A DNA stretch of 22,453 nucleotides, taken from assembly GCA_016290885.1 (NCBI GenBank), contig JAEEVN010000017.1, forward strand, positions 1 through 22,453, read 5' to 3'. How positions within the stretch are numbered: position 1 is the first letter of the stretch; each line of letters starts with the position of its first letter. Origin of the DNA: Bacillales bacterium. GTDB taxonomy: Bacteria; Bacillota_I; Bacilli_A; RF39; UBA660. The notes under the pieces are model-generated. The model was not told the origin of the DNA. It ran no database searches and worked only from the letters and a program-made list of their open reading frames with translations. Position numbers and translations under genes: made by a program. Below, piece after piece: positions 1 through 9,090 of this stretch.

Positions 1-127
1 AATGGTTTTTCTATAGAAGGTTTATTTACTTTAATAGATACTGATATAGAATTTGAAGAGGATGATTTAGAGAATTATGTAAATGAATTAATTAAGGTTT
101 ACAAATAAAAGATTTTATATATTATTT
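1..127. repeat. Terminal direct repeat, copy 1 (identical to 22327..22453)
   Basis: Base-by-base comparison shows 1-127 equals 22327-22453. It contains the 3' end (1..108, TAA at 106-108) of the XkdF-like CDS that begins at 21865, plus 19 nt of downstream spacer. Confidence 0.95.
112..126 (+). promoter_or_regulatory. Candidate phage-specific (late?) promoter box ATTTTATATATTATT upstream of the scaffold gene
   Basis: The exact 15-mer also occurs at 21837-21851 upstream of the protease-like gene. It is intergenic, 32 nt before the ATG at 158. Confidence 0.3.
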
Positions 128-157
128 TAAGTAAATATTAACTAAATTTTTAATTGT

Positions 158-610
158 ATGGATAAAAGTAAATTACTTAAACTTGCTAAAATGGTAATGA
201 AGTTTAAAGAAATTTCAACAGATAAAGGCACACTTATTACAGATGAGTTTGCTGTAGGAGTTGAGGTTTTTATTGAAACTGAAGAAGGTAAATATATTCC
301 TGCAACAGATGGAGAATATGTTACTGAAAATCAAAAAATTACTATTAAAGACGGTAAAATAGAGAGTATAGAAGATAATCAACCTATAGTTGAAGAGCTT
401 GTTCAAGAATCAGATGAAAAAGATTTGAGAATAGCTGAACTTGAAGGTCTGTTAAAAGATCGTGACGCTATCATATCTGAGTTGACAGCTAAAATTAAAG
501 AGTTAGAGGATAAAATCAACAAACCAGTAGAAGAGCCTATTGAAATGTAGGCAGTTGTTGATGATCAAAAAGTTAAAGCAAATCCTGCTTTGAGATATTT
601 TCAAAATTAA
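158..610 (+). CDS. Scaffolding protein (acidic, coiled-coil), read through one TAG at 548-550
   Basis: It sits immediately upstream of the capsid gene. The sequence is highly charged with heptad-like segments (LRIAELEGLLKDRDAIISELTAKIKELEDKI). After the TAG, the frame stays open for 19 more codons (AVVDDQKVKANPALRYFQN) to TAA at 608-610. Confidence 0.55.
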
Positions 611-635
611 TTAATTTAAAAAAATAAAATTATTT

Positions 636-1538
636 ATGGCAAATCCTATTGTAACAAGTCTTCCTAATTATGTGGAAGAGAAGAAATTCGGTCTAATCCG
701 TAATGCAGTCATTGGTGCTAAGTCTGCATCATTATTCAATCTGCAAACTGGTATTAAGGGCGCTACAGCACTTAATCTTTTAAATACTGACGTTGTTTTC
801 GGTGACGGTTCTGATTGTGGTTGGGACGACGCTGGTACTTCAACTTTATCACAGCGTATTTTGACTCCAGGCTATCCAAAAGTAAATATGTCATTCTGTG
901 ACAAGGTGCTTTTGAAGACTTATGCTAACTATGAAGTTAAAGTTGCTGCTGGTCAGAAAACTATGCCTTTCGAGGAAGATTTCATCGCTGGTGTTATCGA
1001 AAATGTTAAGGCTAAGCTTGAAACTATGATTTGGACTGGTTCAGTAAGCGGTGGTGATGCATTTGACGGTATCGAAACTGTTATCACTGGTACATCATTT
1101 GTTCCTGTGACTTATCAGTCTGGTGCTTCAGTTACAACTATTGTAAACGCAACTTATGCTGCTATACCATCTGCTGCTTTCAACAAAGGTCAGGTTGTTA
1201 TGTTTATGGGTTCTGATATGTATCGTACATATATACAGGAGCTTATAGCTAACGGTAACCCAGTTATCACAACTGGTCTTAATGATGTTGCAATGCCAGA
1301 TTCAATCTTAATACCTGGTACAAACGTACGTGTTTACGGTGTAGCTGGTCTTGACGGAACTGGTGATGTTTATGCATCTTATCAAGATAACTTCATCTAT
1401 GGTACAGACCTTCAGGGTGATGAAGAGAAGTTCGACTTCTGGTATTCACAAGATAACCGCGAATTCCGTCTTGCTATTGAAATGGCAGTTGGTGTTCAGG
1501 TTGCATTCCCTGATATGTTGGTTAAAGCTTCTCTATAA
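636..1538 (+). CDS. Major capsid protein
   Basis: 300-aa ORF with no TAG, placed after the protease and scaffold genes. It has a G/A/V/T-rich, higher-GC, codon-biased composition and is followed by a strong intrinsic terminator. The call rests on position and composition; I cannot run a homology search. Confidence 0.65.
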   Translation: MANPIVTSLPNYVEEKKFGLIRNAVIGAKSASLFNLQTGIKGATALNLLNTDVVFGDGSDCGWDDAGTSTLSQRILTPGYPKVNMSFCDKVLLKTYANYEVKVAAGQKTMPFEEDFIAGVIENVKAKLETMIWTGSVSGGDAFDGIETVITGTSFVPVTYQSGASVTTIVNATYAAIPSAAFNKGQVVMFMGSDMYRTYIQELIANGNPVITTGLNDVAMPDSILIPGTNVRVYGVAGLDGTGDVYASYQDNFIYGTDLQGDEEKFDFWYSQDNREFRLAIEMAVGVQVAFPDMLVKASL

Positions 1539-1548
1539 TTTTGAGTAT

Positions 1549-1578
1549 ACGGGCGGTTAAAATCAGCCGCCTGTTTTT
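1549..1578 (+). terminator. Rho-independent terminator after the capsid gene
   Basis: An 8-bp stem pairs acgggcgg (1549-1556) with ccgcctgt (1567-1574), including one G:U pair. The loop is 10 nt and a tttt run follows. Confidence 0.8.
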
Positions 1579-1609
1579 AACAATTAAAAATTAAAAAAAA
1601 ATTAAAAAT

Positions 1610-2146
1610 ATGGCATACGAATCTTGTTCTTCTGTAACTCTTGAATCTATAGATGCTCGTTGCGACCAGTCTATAGGTGGTATCAAGCGTATTCTTATTG
1701 CTAATAAAGATGATGTGACAGGTGTTACACTAGATAATTCTACACACCAAATAACTGCCATAACTTTGGCACAAGATAAAACATTCTACGAGTGGAAGTT
1801 CCGTAGAAACACTGGTTCTTACACCTCTACTGTCACACAAGATGTAGCAATAGGTAACAGTTTCGCTACGACTGAAGTAAACCTACAGTTTTCTAAGGCT
1901 GAGGCACTTAAAAGATTAGCAATACAAAATGCCATTAATGCTAGTGCAGTTATTATAGTTGAAGCATTAGATGGTGAAAAGATTTATTTAGGATATGATA
2001 ATGAAGTAAATATAACTAATGCTGTTATGCAGTCAGGTACCGCTAATACTGACTTAAATGGATTTACTCTTACTTTTAATGATGTTTCAAAAGAACTTCC
2101 TTATTTTATATCCCCATCTTTAGATATAGATAGCCTTCTAGTTTAA
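1610..2146 (+). CDS. Virion structural protein, possibly major tail (tube) protein
   Basis: 178-aa TAG-free ORF bracketed by two intrinsic terminators, which suggests high expression. The GGIKRILIA ... ALDGEKIYLGYDN ... TDLNGFTLTF pattern resembles siphovirus tail-tube families. This is recalled by eye and has not been searched. Confidence 0.4.
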   Translation: MAYESCSSVTLESIDARCDQSIGGIKRILIANKDDVTGVTLDNSTHQITAITLAQDKTFYEWKFRRNTGSYTSTVTQDVAIGNSFATTEVNLQFSKAEALKRLAIQNAINASAVIIVEALDGEKIYLGYDNEVNITNAVMQSGTANTDLNGFTLTFNDVSKELPYFISPSLDIDSLLV

Positions 2147-2177
2147 TGGTTAAAATGTAATTAATTAGATGTAAGTG

Positions 2178-2207
2178 AAAGGACTCTTAAAATGAGTCCT
2201 TTTTTTA
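2178..2207 (+). terminator. Rho-independent terminator
   Basis: The stem pairs aaaggactc (2178-2186) with gagtccttt (2194-2202), the loop is ttaaaat, and a T-run follows. The track's ATG at 2192 lies inside this hairpin. Confidence 0.75.
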
Positions 2208-2254
2208 TTAACAAAATTGTTAAATTAAATATTATATTTAATAAAAAGAATAGT

Positions 2255-3268
2255 ATGGCTAAAAAAGAAAATTTTGAATTTGGGAGCGTATTATATACTC
2301 CATCTGGAATAGGAATTTCAGATATAGTAGATAAAAAAACTAATAATAAATGGGTTAGTTGGGGTGAGGATAATAAATTACCATATATACTATGGGATAA
2401 TTATTTAAAAAATAGTACATTATCCTCTATAGTTAATTCTATGGTTGATTATATTATGGGAGAAGGTGTTGAATGTAGTATTAATATACCTGACTTATAG
2501 AAAACTATATTTGACTTTATATTATTTGGAGGGTTTGCTTTAGAAGGTATTAGAAATAAAAAAGGTGATGTAGTTTTAATTAACTATATAAATGTTATGA
2601 ATGTAAGAGTTGATGAAAAATTAACAACTGCTTACATATCAAATAAATGGAAAGGTTATACTGGAGATAATATAATTACATTACCTTTGTTTAATAATAA
2701 AGAAAAACAACCTCATTTTATATATTATTTTAGAGGTAATTTAACTAGAGGTATAAATCCAATACCTTGTTATATAAGTGCTTTTAAGAGTATTTTAATT
2801 TTAAATAATACTAGAGAGTTTCATATTAAAAACTTAGAGAATGGTTTTTCAGCTTCTTCTCTTATTAGTATTAATAATGGAACAATAAAACGTAAAGAAT
2901 TAGAGGATATACAACAGAAATTAGAATATAATTATCAAGGTTCAGTTAATGCTGGAAAGGTAATTATAATTAATGCACCAGATAAAGAGCACGCTCCTAC
3001 TATTTAGAGATTATAGGCTGATGATTTTGGAGATTAGTATTTTGCTTTACAAGATAGTAGTATAAATGATTTATACACTGCATTTAGAATAAATCCTGTT
3101 CTACTAGGTGTTAATGTACCAACAGGTTTTTCAGCTGTGGAATATGAAAATATCTTTAAACTTTATAATAAAACAGTTATAAAACCTTTACAAAAGAATA
3201 TTATAAAAGCATTTAATGATATGGGAGTGGATTTGTCATTTACAGATTTTAAAATAGATTTTAATTAA
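2255..3268 (+). CDS. Portal protein, read through 4 TAGs (2498, 3005, 3014, 3035)
   Basis: Track ORFs 2192..2500 and 2597..3007 are both in frame 2. The frame has no TAA or TGA from 2255 to TAA at 3266-3268. Portal-like motifs include WGEDNKLPY, YIMGEG, LFGGFALEG, GSVNAGKVIIINAP and AFRINPVLLG. Confidence 0.8.
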
Positions 3269-3269
3269 A

Positions 3270-3572
3270 ATGATATATATTAAAGAAATTTTAAATATAC
3301 CGAAAATTGATGTTAGAGGTTGTGATACTTTAACTTTTAAAAACCAAGTAACTCATTAGATAATTACTTTATCTGTTGAAGATTTAACTCCTGATTAGGT
3401 TTATTACACTTTTAATATAGATATAAGTAAATTTTCAATAGGTTAGTATGATTACTATATATATTTAAATAATGAAGTTGTTGGATCTGGTATAGCACAA
3501 TACGGGGATTTTATTCCTAATATAACTACTTATAATAGAGAGGAAACAGACATTAAAACTTACGAAAGATGA
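3270..3572 (+). CDS. Hypothetical virion protein, 3 in-frame TAGs
   Basis: ATG at 3270 lies 1 nt after the portal stop. The frame is open except for TAGs, ends with TGA at 3570-3572, and overlaps the next ATG in an ATGA junction. Confidence 0.5.
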
Positions 3573-4099
3573 GTAAAATATATTTAATAAGTGAGTCAAC
3601 TTTAAAAAAACATAGCCTTATAAACAATAATTTAGATGGTCAGTATATAACATCAATAATTGATATTTGTCAAAATATAGATTTAGATACACTTATAGGA
3701 ACGGCACTTTTAAATAAAATATGTGATTTAGTTGATAGTGGAGATATACAAAATCCAGACAATATCTATTATAAAAATCTACTTGATTAGTATATAACAG
3801 AATACTTAGTATGGCAAGTAATGTCTTAGATACAAATTGCTTTAAATTATAAAATAACAAATAGTGGTGTTATAGAAAATCAAGATGATAAGAAGTCTAG
3901 ATTAGATTATTCTAATAGTAGGGCAATACAATCATAGTATGAACATTATGCGGCTGCTTATGCAAATAAAATGAAAAACTTTATATTAAAGAATGTAATA
4001 CACTTTCCAGAATATAAAAAATGTATTAATTACGAAGTAGCAGAAGATGTTAATACTAGTGGTATTTACTTTCCAAATATTAAATTCTGTAGAAAATGA
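3569..4099 (+). CDS. Putative head-tail connector/adaptor protein, 3 in-frame TAGs
   Basis: Track ORF 3569..3790 continues in frame 2 through TAGs to TGA at 4097-4099, with an ATGA overlap onto the next gene. The function is guessed from position and a connector-like sequence pattern. Confidence 0.45.
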
Positions 4100-5304
4100 A
4101 TAATTTATATTACATTATAAATCAAATTAAGAAAATTACTCTTGAACATAAACTTATAAATAGATTTACAGAAGGAGATATTTATACTAATTTAAATGAG
4201 GAAAAAGATAAATTATATCCTACTGTAAATTTAACTATAGATACTGTATTAGTAAATGGTGATTATCAAACTATTAATGGTTACTTGTATTATATAGATA
4301 GATTATTAGATGATGAGAGTAATAAAATAGAGATATAGACTGTAGGTATAAGATCTTTACAATCTATAATAAATAAATTAAGTGAAATATATAATTGGAA
4401 TATAACTTCTCAGACGTACAATCCTTTCACAGAAAAATTCGCTGACCTGTGTGCCGGAGTTTATGTCACATTTACTATGGAGGTTCCAGCTGAAGAAATA
4501 TGTGCAGATGATTTGTTTGTGCCGGCTGTTATTAACATAACAAAAAACGGAGAGTATGACGTCACTGCTTATGATAAAGCTAATGTCAGTGTTCCACCTT
4601 TTGATATGTGGCTGTGGCTCATAAATAATAGTACCGGTGCTTATGCAGATAAGATTCAACCTGAGTGGCTGCAACCTCTTGATTTAAGTCTGCTTCCTAC
4701 GGAAACTTCAAATCAAATGATTTTTACTGGTATAAATTCTGACATTGAAGTAATATTTCCAAATAGTGAGTGGAATTCTATTTTACGAGCTTACTGTTTT
4801 AGTGGGGTTGGTAGTGAGGTTACAATTACATTAACAAATTTAAAAAACATATGGACCAATTTTTTCAGAGGGAGTGCAGCCAAAGAGATACGACTTCCTA
4901 ACTGGACAGGTTGGGCTTCTGGTGGAATGAACTTTATTTTTTGTGGATGTCCGAATCTTGAAGTGATCCGTACAGGTACATTGACACAGTTAATACCATA
5001 TAACACGTTTGGCAACACTCCAAAATTGCATACAATAGAAGTTGGTCCTGGAAGTGATGTTAGATACACTAGTCCTGATTATTCTATTGGTATATCTCTT
5101 AGTACGTGGAATCCCACATATTGGACTGCAACCGAAGAGGGTCGAGCTATGTTAAATGAAAATTTACGTAGGTACTTTATCCCTAATTTAATAGATGTAC
5201 ACGATGCAGTAGGCCTTAAGGTTATTCGATTTGGTTGGTATAGTTATATGGACGAAGAAAATAGGACATTACTAACAGATAAAGGCTATACCGTGAGTGC
5301 TTAA
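4096..5304 (+). CDS. Chimeric virion protein: AT-rich N-terminal neck/tail-like domain fused to a higher-GC LRR-like (BspA-type) C-terminal domain; 1 TAG at 4336
   Basis: Track ORFs 4096..4338 and 4477..5304 share frame 1, and there is no TAA or TGA between them. The C-terminal part has F-x-G-C-x-x-L style leucine-rich units (CFSGVGSEV, FCGCPNLEVI) and an ITKNGEYDVTAYDKANVSV motif. Confidence 0.6.
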
Positions 5305-5320
5305 AAATTTTTAATAAAAA

Positions 5321-5527
5321 ATGAAAACACAAATAGTAACTAAAGAAGATAATTGGTTGTACTACTCATATTGTGATGACCAATTTAGATTGTTTGAAAA
5401 GGAGATAAGTCTGCCAGATGATGACCCATTTTGGCCAGAGTGTACTTAGACAGAACGTGAAGAATGGGAGTCCAAACATCCTCAACCACAGCCAGAACCG
5501 GAGCCAAATGGCACTGAGGCTGAATAA
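5321..5527 (+). CDS. Small acidic hypothetical protein (68 aa), 1 TAG
   Basis: The frame is open from ATG at 5321 to TAA at 5525-5527, with one TAG. It lies between the two LRR genes and has a PQPQPEPEP tail. Confidence 0.4.
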
Positions 5528-5558
5528 TGACATTATTAAATAAAATTAAATTTTTAAT

Positions 5559-7505
5559 ATGATAAGTAATATACCATAGAAATTTAAAGAGATTGTTAAG
5601 CTGATATCTGGTGGTGCCACTTTGCCAGGTGAGACTTTTTATGAGGTTCTCACATCATTCGCAAGTATGTATGGCATACAAGGAGAAACCGTCAATGAAA
5701 TACTATATAAAATCTTACAAATGTCTGGTGTGTCAGTTATCCCAAATGACACCACATACAATTATTTGTGTCAGCTGGTTTATCTTCTAAGTGAGAGACA
5801 CATCTTAAATGAAAATATCACATCTAAATATATCATATTAGACGAACTATATGAGGCTTTAGTATTTGACAGGAACCCCGCACCAAACAGGTTGGTTTAT
5901 TATAATGATACTATGTTGAATGATTCTAAATATGCAGTTGGCTCTACCTTCTGTGGTGGAACCATAACAGCTCATATTTACAATAACAATATAAAAGTTG
6001 GTGCTATTGAATTTGACAGGACCATAACAGACCTGGAAAACGCTGCATTCAGAAATACACATATAAATGACATTTATCTGCCTACTGAAGTTGTTACAAT
6101 AGGTGATAATGCGTTTTTCCAGTGCTATTATTTATACGGTTCGTGGTCTCTTCCTGGCACAGTTACCACTATAGGTGACTATGCATTTGCTTCCACTGAT
6201 ATTAAAGAGTTAAGAGTGCCAGCTGGAACTACTTCAATCGGTCACGCAGCTTTTACCGGTGTTAAAAACATAGTTTATACCGGAACGGCCTCTTATGGAC
6301 CGAATGATCCATATTGGGGTGCTTATATGGTGAATGGTGTATGGGAAAGCCGCACCGGCAATTTATACAGTGATGACGGAACAATATTTGCCTGCGTTGG
6401 TTATCCAGATGATACAACAACACTGACAGTTGCATCCGGTGTAACCACCATAGGACGGAATGCTGTTAGAAACTGCACATCATTGACCAGTGTTACTTTG
6501 CCTTCAAGTCTGACCACTATTCAGTCTGGTGCGTTTATTCAGTGTCCTGCTCTGCCTGCTATAACAATTCCTTCTGGTGTCACTTCAATAGGCGCGTTCG
6601 CATTCTCAGGTGACACTGCATTGACTATAACAATGCTGCCGACTGTGCCTCCTACTCTGGCTGGATCCAATGAATTTACCGGCGTGCAGAAAATATTGGT
6701 TCCTGAATCAAGCTATAACGACTATATAACAGCCTGGTCACAGTGGAGCTCTATTATTGATATTATACCAGTGCCATTGAATTTCACTGCAAATGAAGCA
6801 AATTCAACGGTAAGTCTAGGAAAATCAGGAACACTAGATACATCTTATGAGTATTCAACCGATAACGTAACGTGGACTCCATATAATATTGGTGATACGA
6901 TCACACTTGCAAATGTTGGTGATAAGGTTTATTTCAGAGGAGATAACAAAGATGTCGTATTTGACCGTTTAAATTATATGCGTTTTGTAATTTTGGGTTC
7001 TGTCGTAGGTGATGGTAACATTATGTCAATTCTTGATCCGACTATGCAGCTTGACACCGCTCCTGCATATTGTTTCACTAGTTTATTTAGTATTTGTCAC
7101 GGTTTGACAAGGGCACCTAAGCTTCCGGCTATAAATCTTAGTCCATCTTGCTATAGATATATGTTCCAGAATTGTATTAATTTAACTGAGGCACCAGAAC
7201 TACCAGCTACAACACTTTCTGGTAATTGCTACCAGTATATGTTCCAAGGATGTTCATCATTAACAACTGTGCCTGCACTGACTGCTACAATACTTGCAAG
7301 TAGATGCTATATGGGTATGTTTAGAGGTTGTTCCGCACTAAACTCTTTAACAGTTTATATAAATGAGCTTGGAGCTTCTCCAGCAGCGAACTGGTTGGCA
7401 GATACTGCAGTTGGAACAACAGGTGTAATTCACTCATTAGGTACAATTTCTGACAGTGATTTAAGCACAATACTTCCTGCTAACTGGAGTATTTCTCATT
7501 CGTGA
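5559..7505 (+). CDS. BspA-like leucine-rich-repeat tail fiber / receptor-binding protein
   Basis: ATG at 5559 is in frame with track ORF 5622..7505, and the only TAG is codon 7 (5577). There are repeated TIGDxAF...C..L..v.lP units, followed by C-terminal CYxYMFxGCxxLT repeats. All 12 Gln in the main body are CAA or CAG. The gene ends in TGA. Confidence 0.7.
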
Positions 7506-7532
7506 ACTGACAAAATAAATTAAATTATTATT

Positions 7533-7670
7533 ATGAACATTAGATATACAGATAACGGAGTTTTCTTCGTTAACTCACTTGGTTTCGCTGAGTGGGTTGA
7601 CGAAGAGAGTCTGGAACATTATAGAAAAGTGAAAATTAGGGATTATTGGGAAAATGACAAACGAAAGTAA
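7533..7670 (+). CDS. Small hypothetical protein (45 aa)
   Basis: The frame is open from ATG at 7533 to TAA at 7668-7670 and overlaps the holin-like start. Confidence 0.3.
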   Translation: MNIRYTDNGVFFVNSLGFAEWVDEESLEHYRKVKIRDYWENDKRK

Positions 7671-7896
7671 ATTCAATCTTGCACGCGAAATTAGGTTTTA
7701 TATATTATTTTTACTTGCTTCTTTTTTACTAATAACTGGTTTATATATGGAACCTCCTGGAGAAATATCTCATTCTGTTCTTATTGCAGCAGGAGTTTTA
7801 GTAACCGTTGCTGCTTGTGTAGTTGGAGTAGATGTAAAAGGTATAATAAGAGAGTATAGATTAACTAAAAAAGAATTATTAAATGAAGAATCATAA
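7654..7896 (+). CDS. Holin-like membrane protein
   Basis: 80 aa with two hydrophobic helices (IRFYILFLLASFLLITGLYM and VLIAAGVLVTVAACVVGV) and a charged C-terminus. It is directly upstream of, and overlaps, the endolysin gene. It has no TAG. Confidence 0.55.
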   Translation: MTNESKFNLAREIRFYILFLLASFLLITGLYMEPPGEISHSVLIAAGVLVTVAACVVGVDVKGIIREYRLTKKELLNEES

Positions 7897-8269
7897 ATAC
7901 TTTACTTTAAATGAATTATGTAAATCAGTAACAGCTGATAAATTAGGAATCAATAATACTCCTATAGATCCAGAAATATTAGATAATTTAGATTATATTA
8001 TGTCTAAATTAGATGAAGTAAGAGAGGGTTACGGAAAACCTATTATCATAAACAGTGGTTACAGGTGTCCAGCATTAAACAAAGCAGTCGGAGGTGTAGC
8101 TGATTCGTACCACCAGAAAGGTCTGGCAGTCGATATTAGATGGGACGATGAGTTAATAGATTATATAATAAATAATCATAGTTTTGATAAACTTATAAAA
8201 GAAAAATCTAGTTGGATTCATATTTAGTGGTCAAGAAGTAAAAATAGAAATATATGTTTGAACGGTTAA
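7883..8269 (+). CDS. Endolysin, peptidase M15 (zinc D-Ala-D-Ala carboxypeptidase-like) family, read through TAG at 8225
   Basis: The SGYRCPALNKAVGGVADSYHQKGLAVDI motif gives the H-x6-D metal site, and WIHI supplies the distal His. After the TAG the frame continues WSRSKNRNICLNG to TAA at 8267-8269. Confidence 0.8.
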
Positions 8270-8694
8270 TTTATTTAATTATTATAGTCTGTTTAAGTTT
8301 AGGATTATGTTATACTTATAAAAGTAATAATAAAGTTATAACTCAAACAGATACTATCTATATAGATTCTATAAGGATAGTAGAAAAAACAAAAATTAAA
8401 TATGTAACCCATATAGATACTTTTTATATAAAAGGTGATACTGTATGGTTAAAAGATTTACCTATAGAGCATAAAACATATAAAGACACAGTATTTAATT
8501 CTGTTATAAAATTAGATTATTCTGGATTTAACGCTAGTGTAGATAATATATAGATAAAAACTAAACCACAAAGAAAACCATTTGGTTGGAGTATATCAGT
8601 AGGTCCTTATATAGGATATGGTACTGATTTTAAAAACTTAGGACCTTCTGTAGGTGTTAGTTTGTAGTTTGGTTGGGGTTATAGATTTAAATAA
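8254..8694 (+). CDS. Membrane-anchored lysis accessory (spanin-like?) protein, 2 TAGs
   Basis: It has an N-terminal hydrophobic anchor (LIYLIIIVCLSLGLCY) and lies last in the lysis cluster. Track ORF 8254..8553 continues in frame through TAGs at 8551 and 8665 to TAA at 8692-8694. Confidence 0.45.
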
Positions 8695-8696
8695 GA

Positions 8697-8745
8697 AAAT
8701 CAGGTAGTTTTGAGAATAAAAACTTAAAATTACCTGATTTTTGTT
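8697..8745 (+). terminator. Long hairpin terminator ending the structural/lysis transcription unit
   Basis: A perfect 10-bp stem pairs aaatcaggta (8697-8706) with tacctgattt (8731-8740). It can extend by 8 more pairs inside the loop and is followed by a T-rich tract. Confidence 0.7.
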
Positions 8746-8780
8746 GTTATTTATAAATATATTTTGTATCTTTGTATTAT
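8738..8780 (+). promoter_or_regulatory. Promoter P1, Bacteroidota sigma-A type, driving the suppressor tRNA
   Basis: TAtcTTTG at 8767-8774 matches the TAnnTTTG -7 consensus, and an upstream TTTG lies at 8740-8743. The box ends 6 nt before tRNA position 1. The cassette matches P2 at 36 of 44 positions. Confidence 0.6.
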
Positions 8781-8867
8781 TGATCTATGGTGTAATGGTA
8801 GCACAACTCTCTCTAAAAGAGTAGCATTTTGGTTGCAAAGGTCTGGGTTCGAGTCCTAGTAGGTCAG
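8781..8867 (+). tRNA. Amber suppressor tRNA, anticodon CTA (reads UAG); no encoded CCA
   Basis: Manual cloverleaf. The acceptor pairs TGATCTA with TAGGTCA (7 bp, one G:U). U8 is present. The D stem pairs GTGT with GCAC around the loop AATGGTA. The anticodon stem pairs ACTCT with AGAGT around the loop CT-CTA-AA, with U33 and A37. The variable region is 20 nt (8823-8842), with a 5-bp stem and 4-nt loop. The T arm is CTGGG-TTCGAGT-CCTAG and the discriminator is G. Confidence 0.9.
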
Positions 8868-8882
8868 CTAAATTTAATTATT

Positions 8883-9017
8883 ATGGAAAATTTATTAAAA
8901 GAAGAGATAGAAAGACTTAAACTTATAAATAAATGGATATATGAAAATAATCTTCAGAATGAACAATATGTTTTAAACTATTTAGATGAATTAAATGCAA
9001 TCTCTGTTCAATTTTGA
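8883..9017 (+). CDS. Small hypothetical protein (44 aa) downstream of the tRNA
   Basis: ATG at 8883 lies 16 nt after the tRNA. It has no TAG and ends in TGA. The track's longer 8829 start overlaps the tRNA and is rejected. Confidence 0.35.
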   Translation: MENLLKEEIERLKLINKWIYENNLQNEQYVLNYLDELNAISVQF

Positions 9018-9090
9018 TATAAAAATATAGATTTATATCTAAAATATTAACTTGAGATTACTCTTAGTTTATTAAAAAATTTTTTGTAAA

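Noticed and set aside
636-1538. The higher GC of the capsid gene as evidence of foreign origin
   Set aside because: It is rich in Gly, Ala, Val and Thr and is probably very highly expressed, so amino-acid composition and codon optimisation can explain much of the shift. It is mentioned only as context, not claimed as horizontal transfer.
1351-1560. + strand ORF overlapping the 3' end of the capsid gene in another frame
   Set aside because: It is an alternative-frame shadow inside a strongly codon-biased gene, and it runs into the terminator hairpin.
2192-2254. Track start codon at 2192 for the portal ORF
   Set aside because: The ATG lies in the loop and 3' arm of the 2178-2207 terminator hairpin, and the encoded MSPFFINKIVKLNIIFNKKNS looks non-native. 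The ATG at 2255 (MAKKENFEF...) is preferred.
8823-8842. The extra 20 nt in the tRNA as an intron or a mis-fold
   Set aside because: Bacterial tRNA introns are large group I elements located in the anticodon loop, and here the anticodon loop is an intact 7 nt. I found no alternative T-arm. The segment forms its own stem-loop exactly at the variable-arm position, so it is kept as a finding rather than dismissed.
8829-8882. N-terminal extension of track ORF 8829..9017
   Set aside because: It overlaps the variable arm, T-arm and acceptor stem of the tRNA. The internal ATG at 8883 gives a self-contained small ORF.
9016-9039. A hairpin after the small ORF acting as an intrinsic terminator
   Set aside because: The stem is 8 bp and entirely A:T, and no U-tract follows. 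That is too weak to annotate as a terminator, so it is mentioned only as context.
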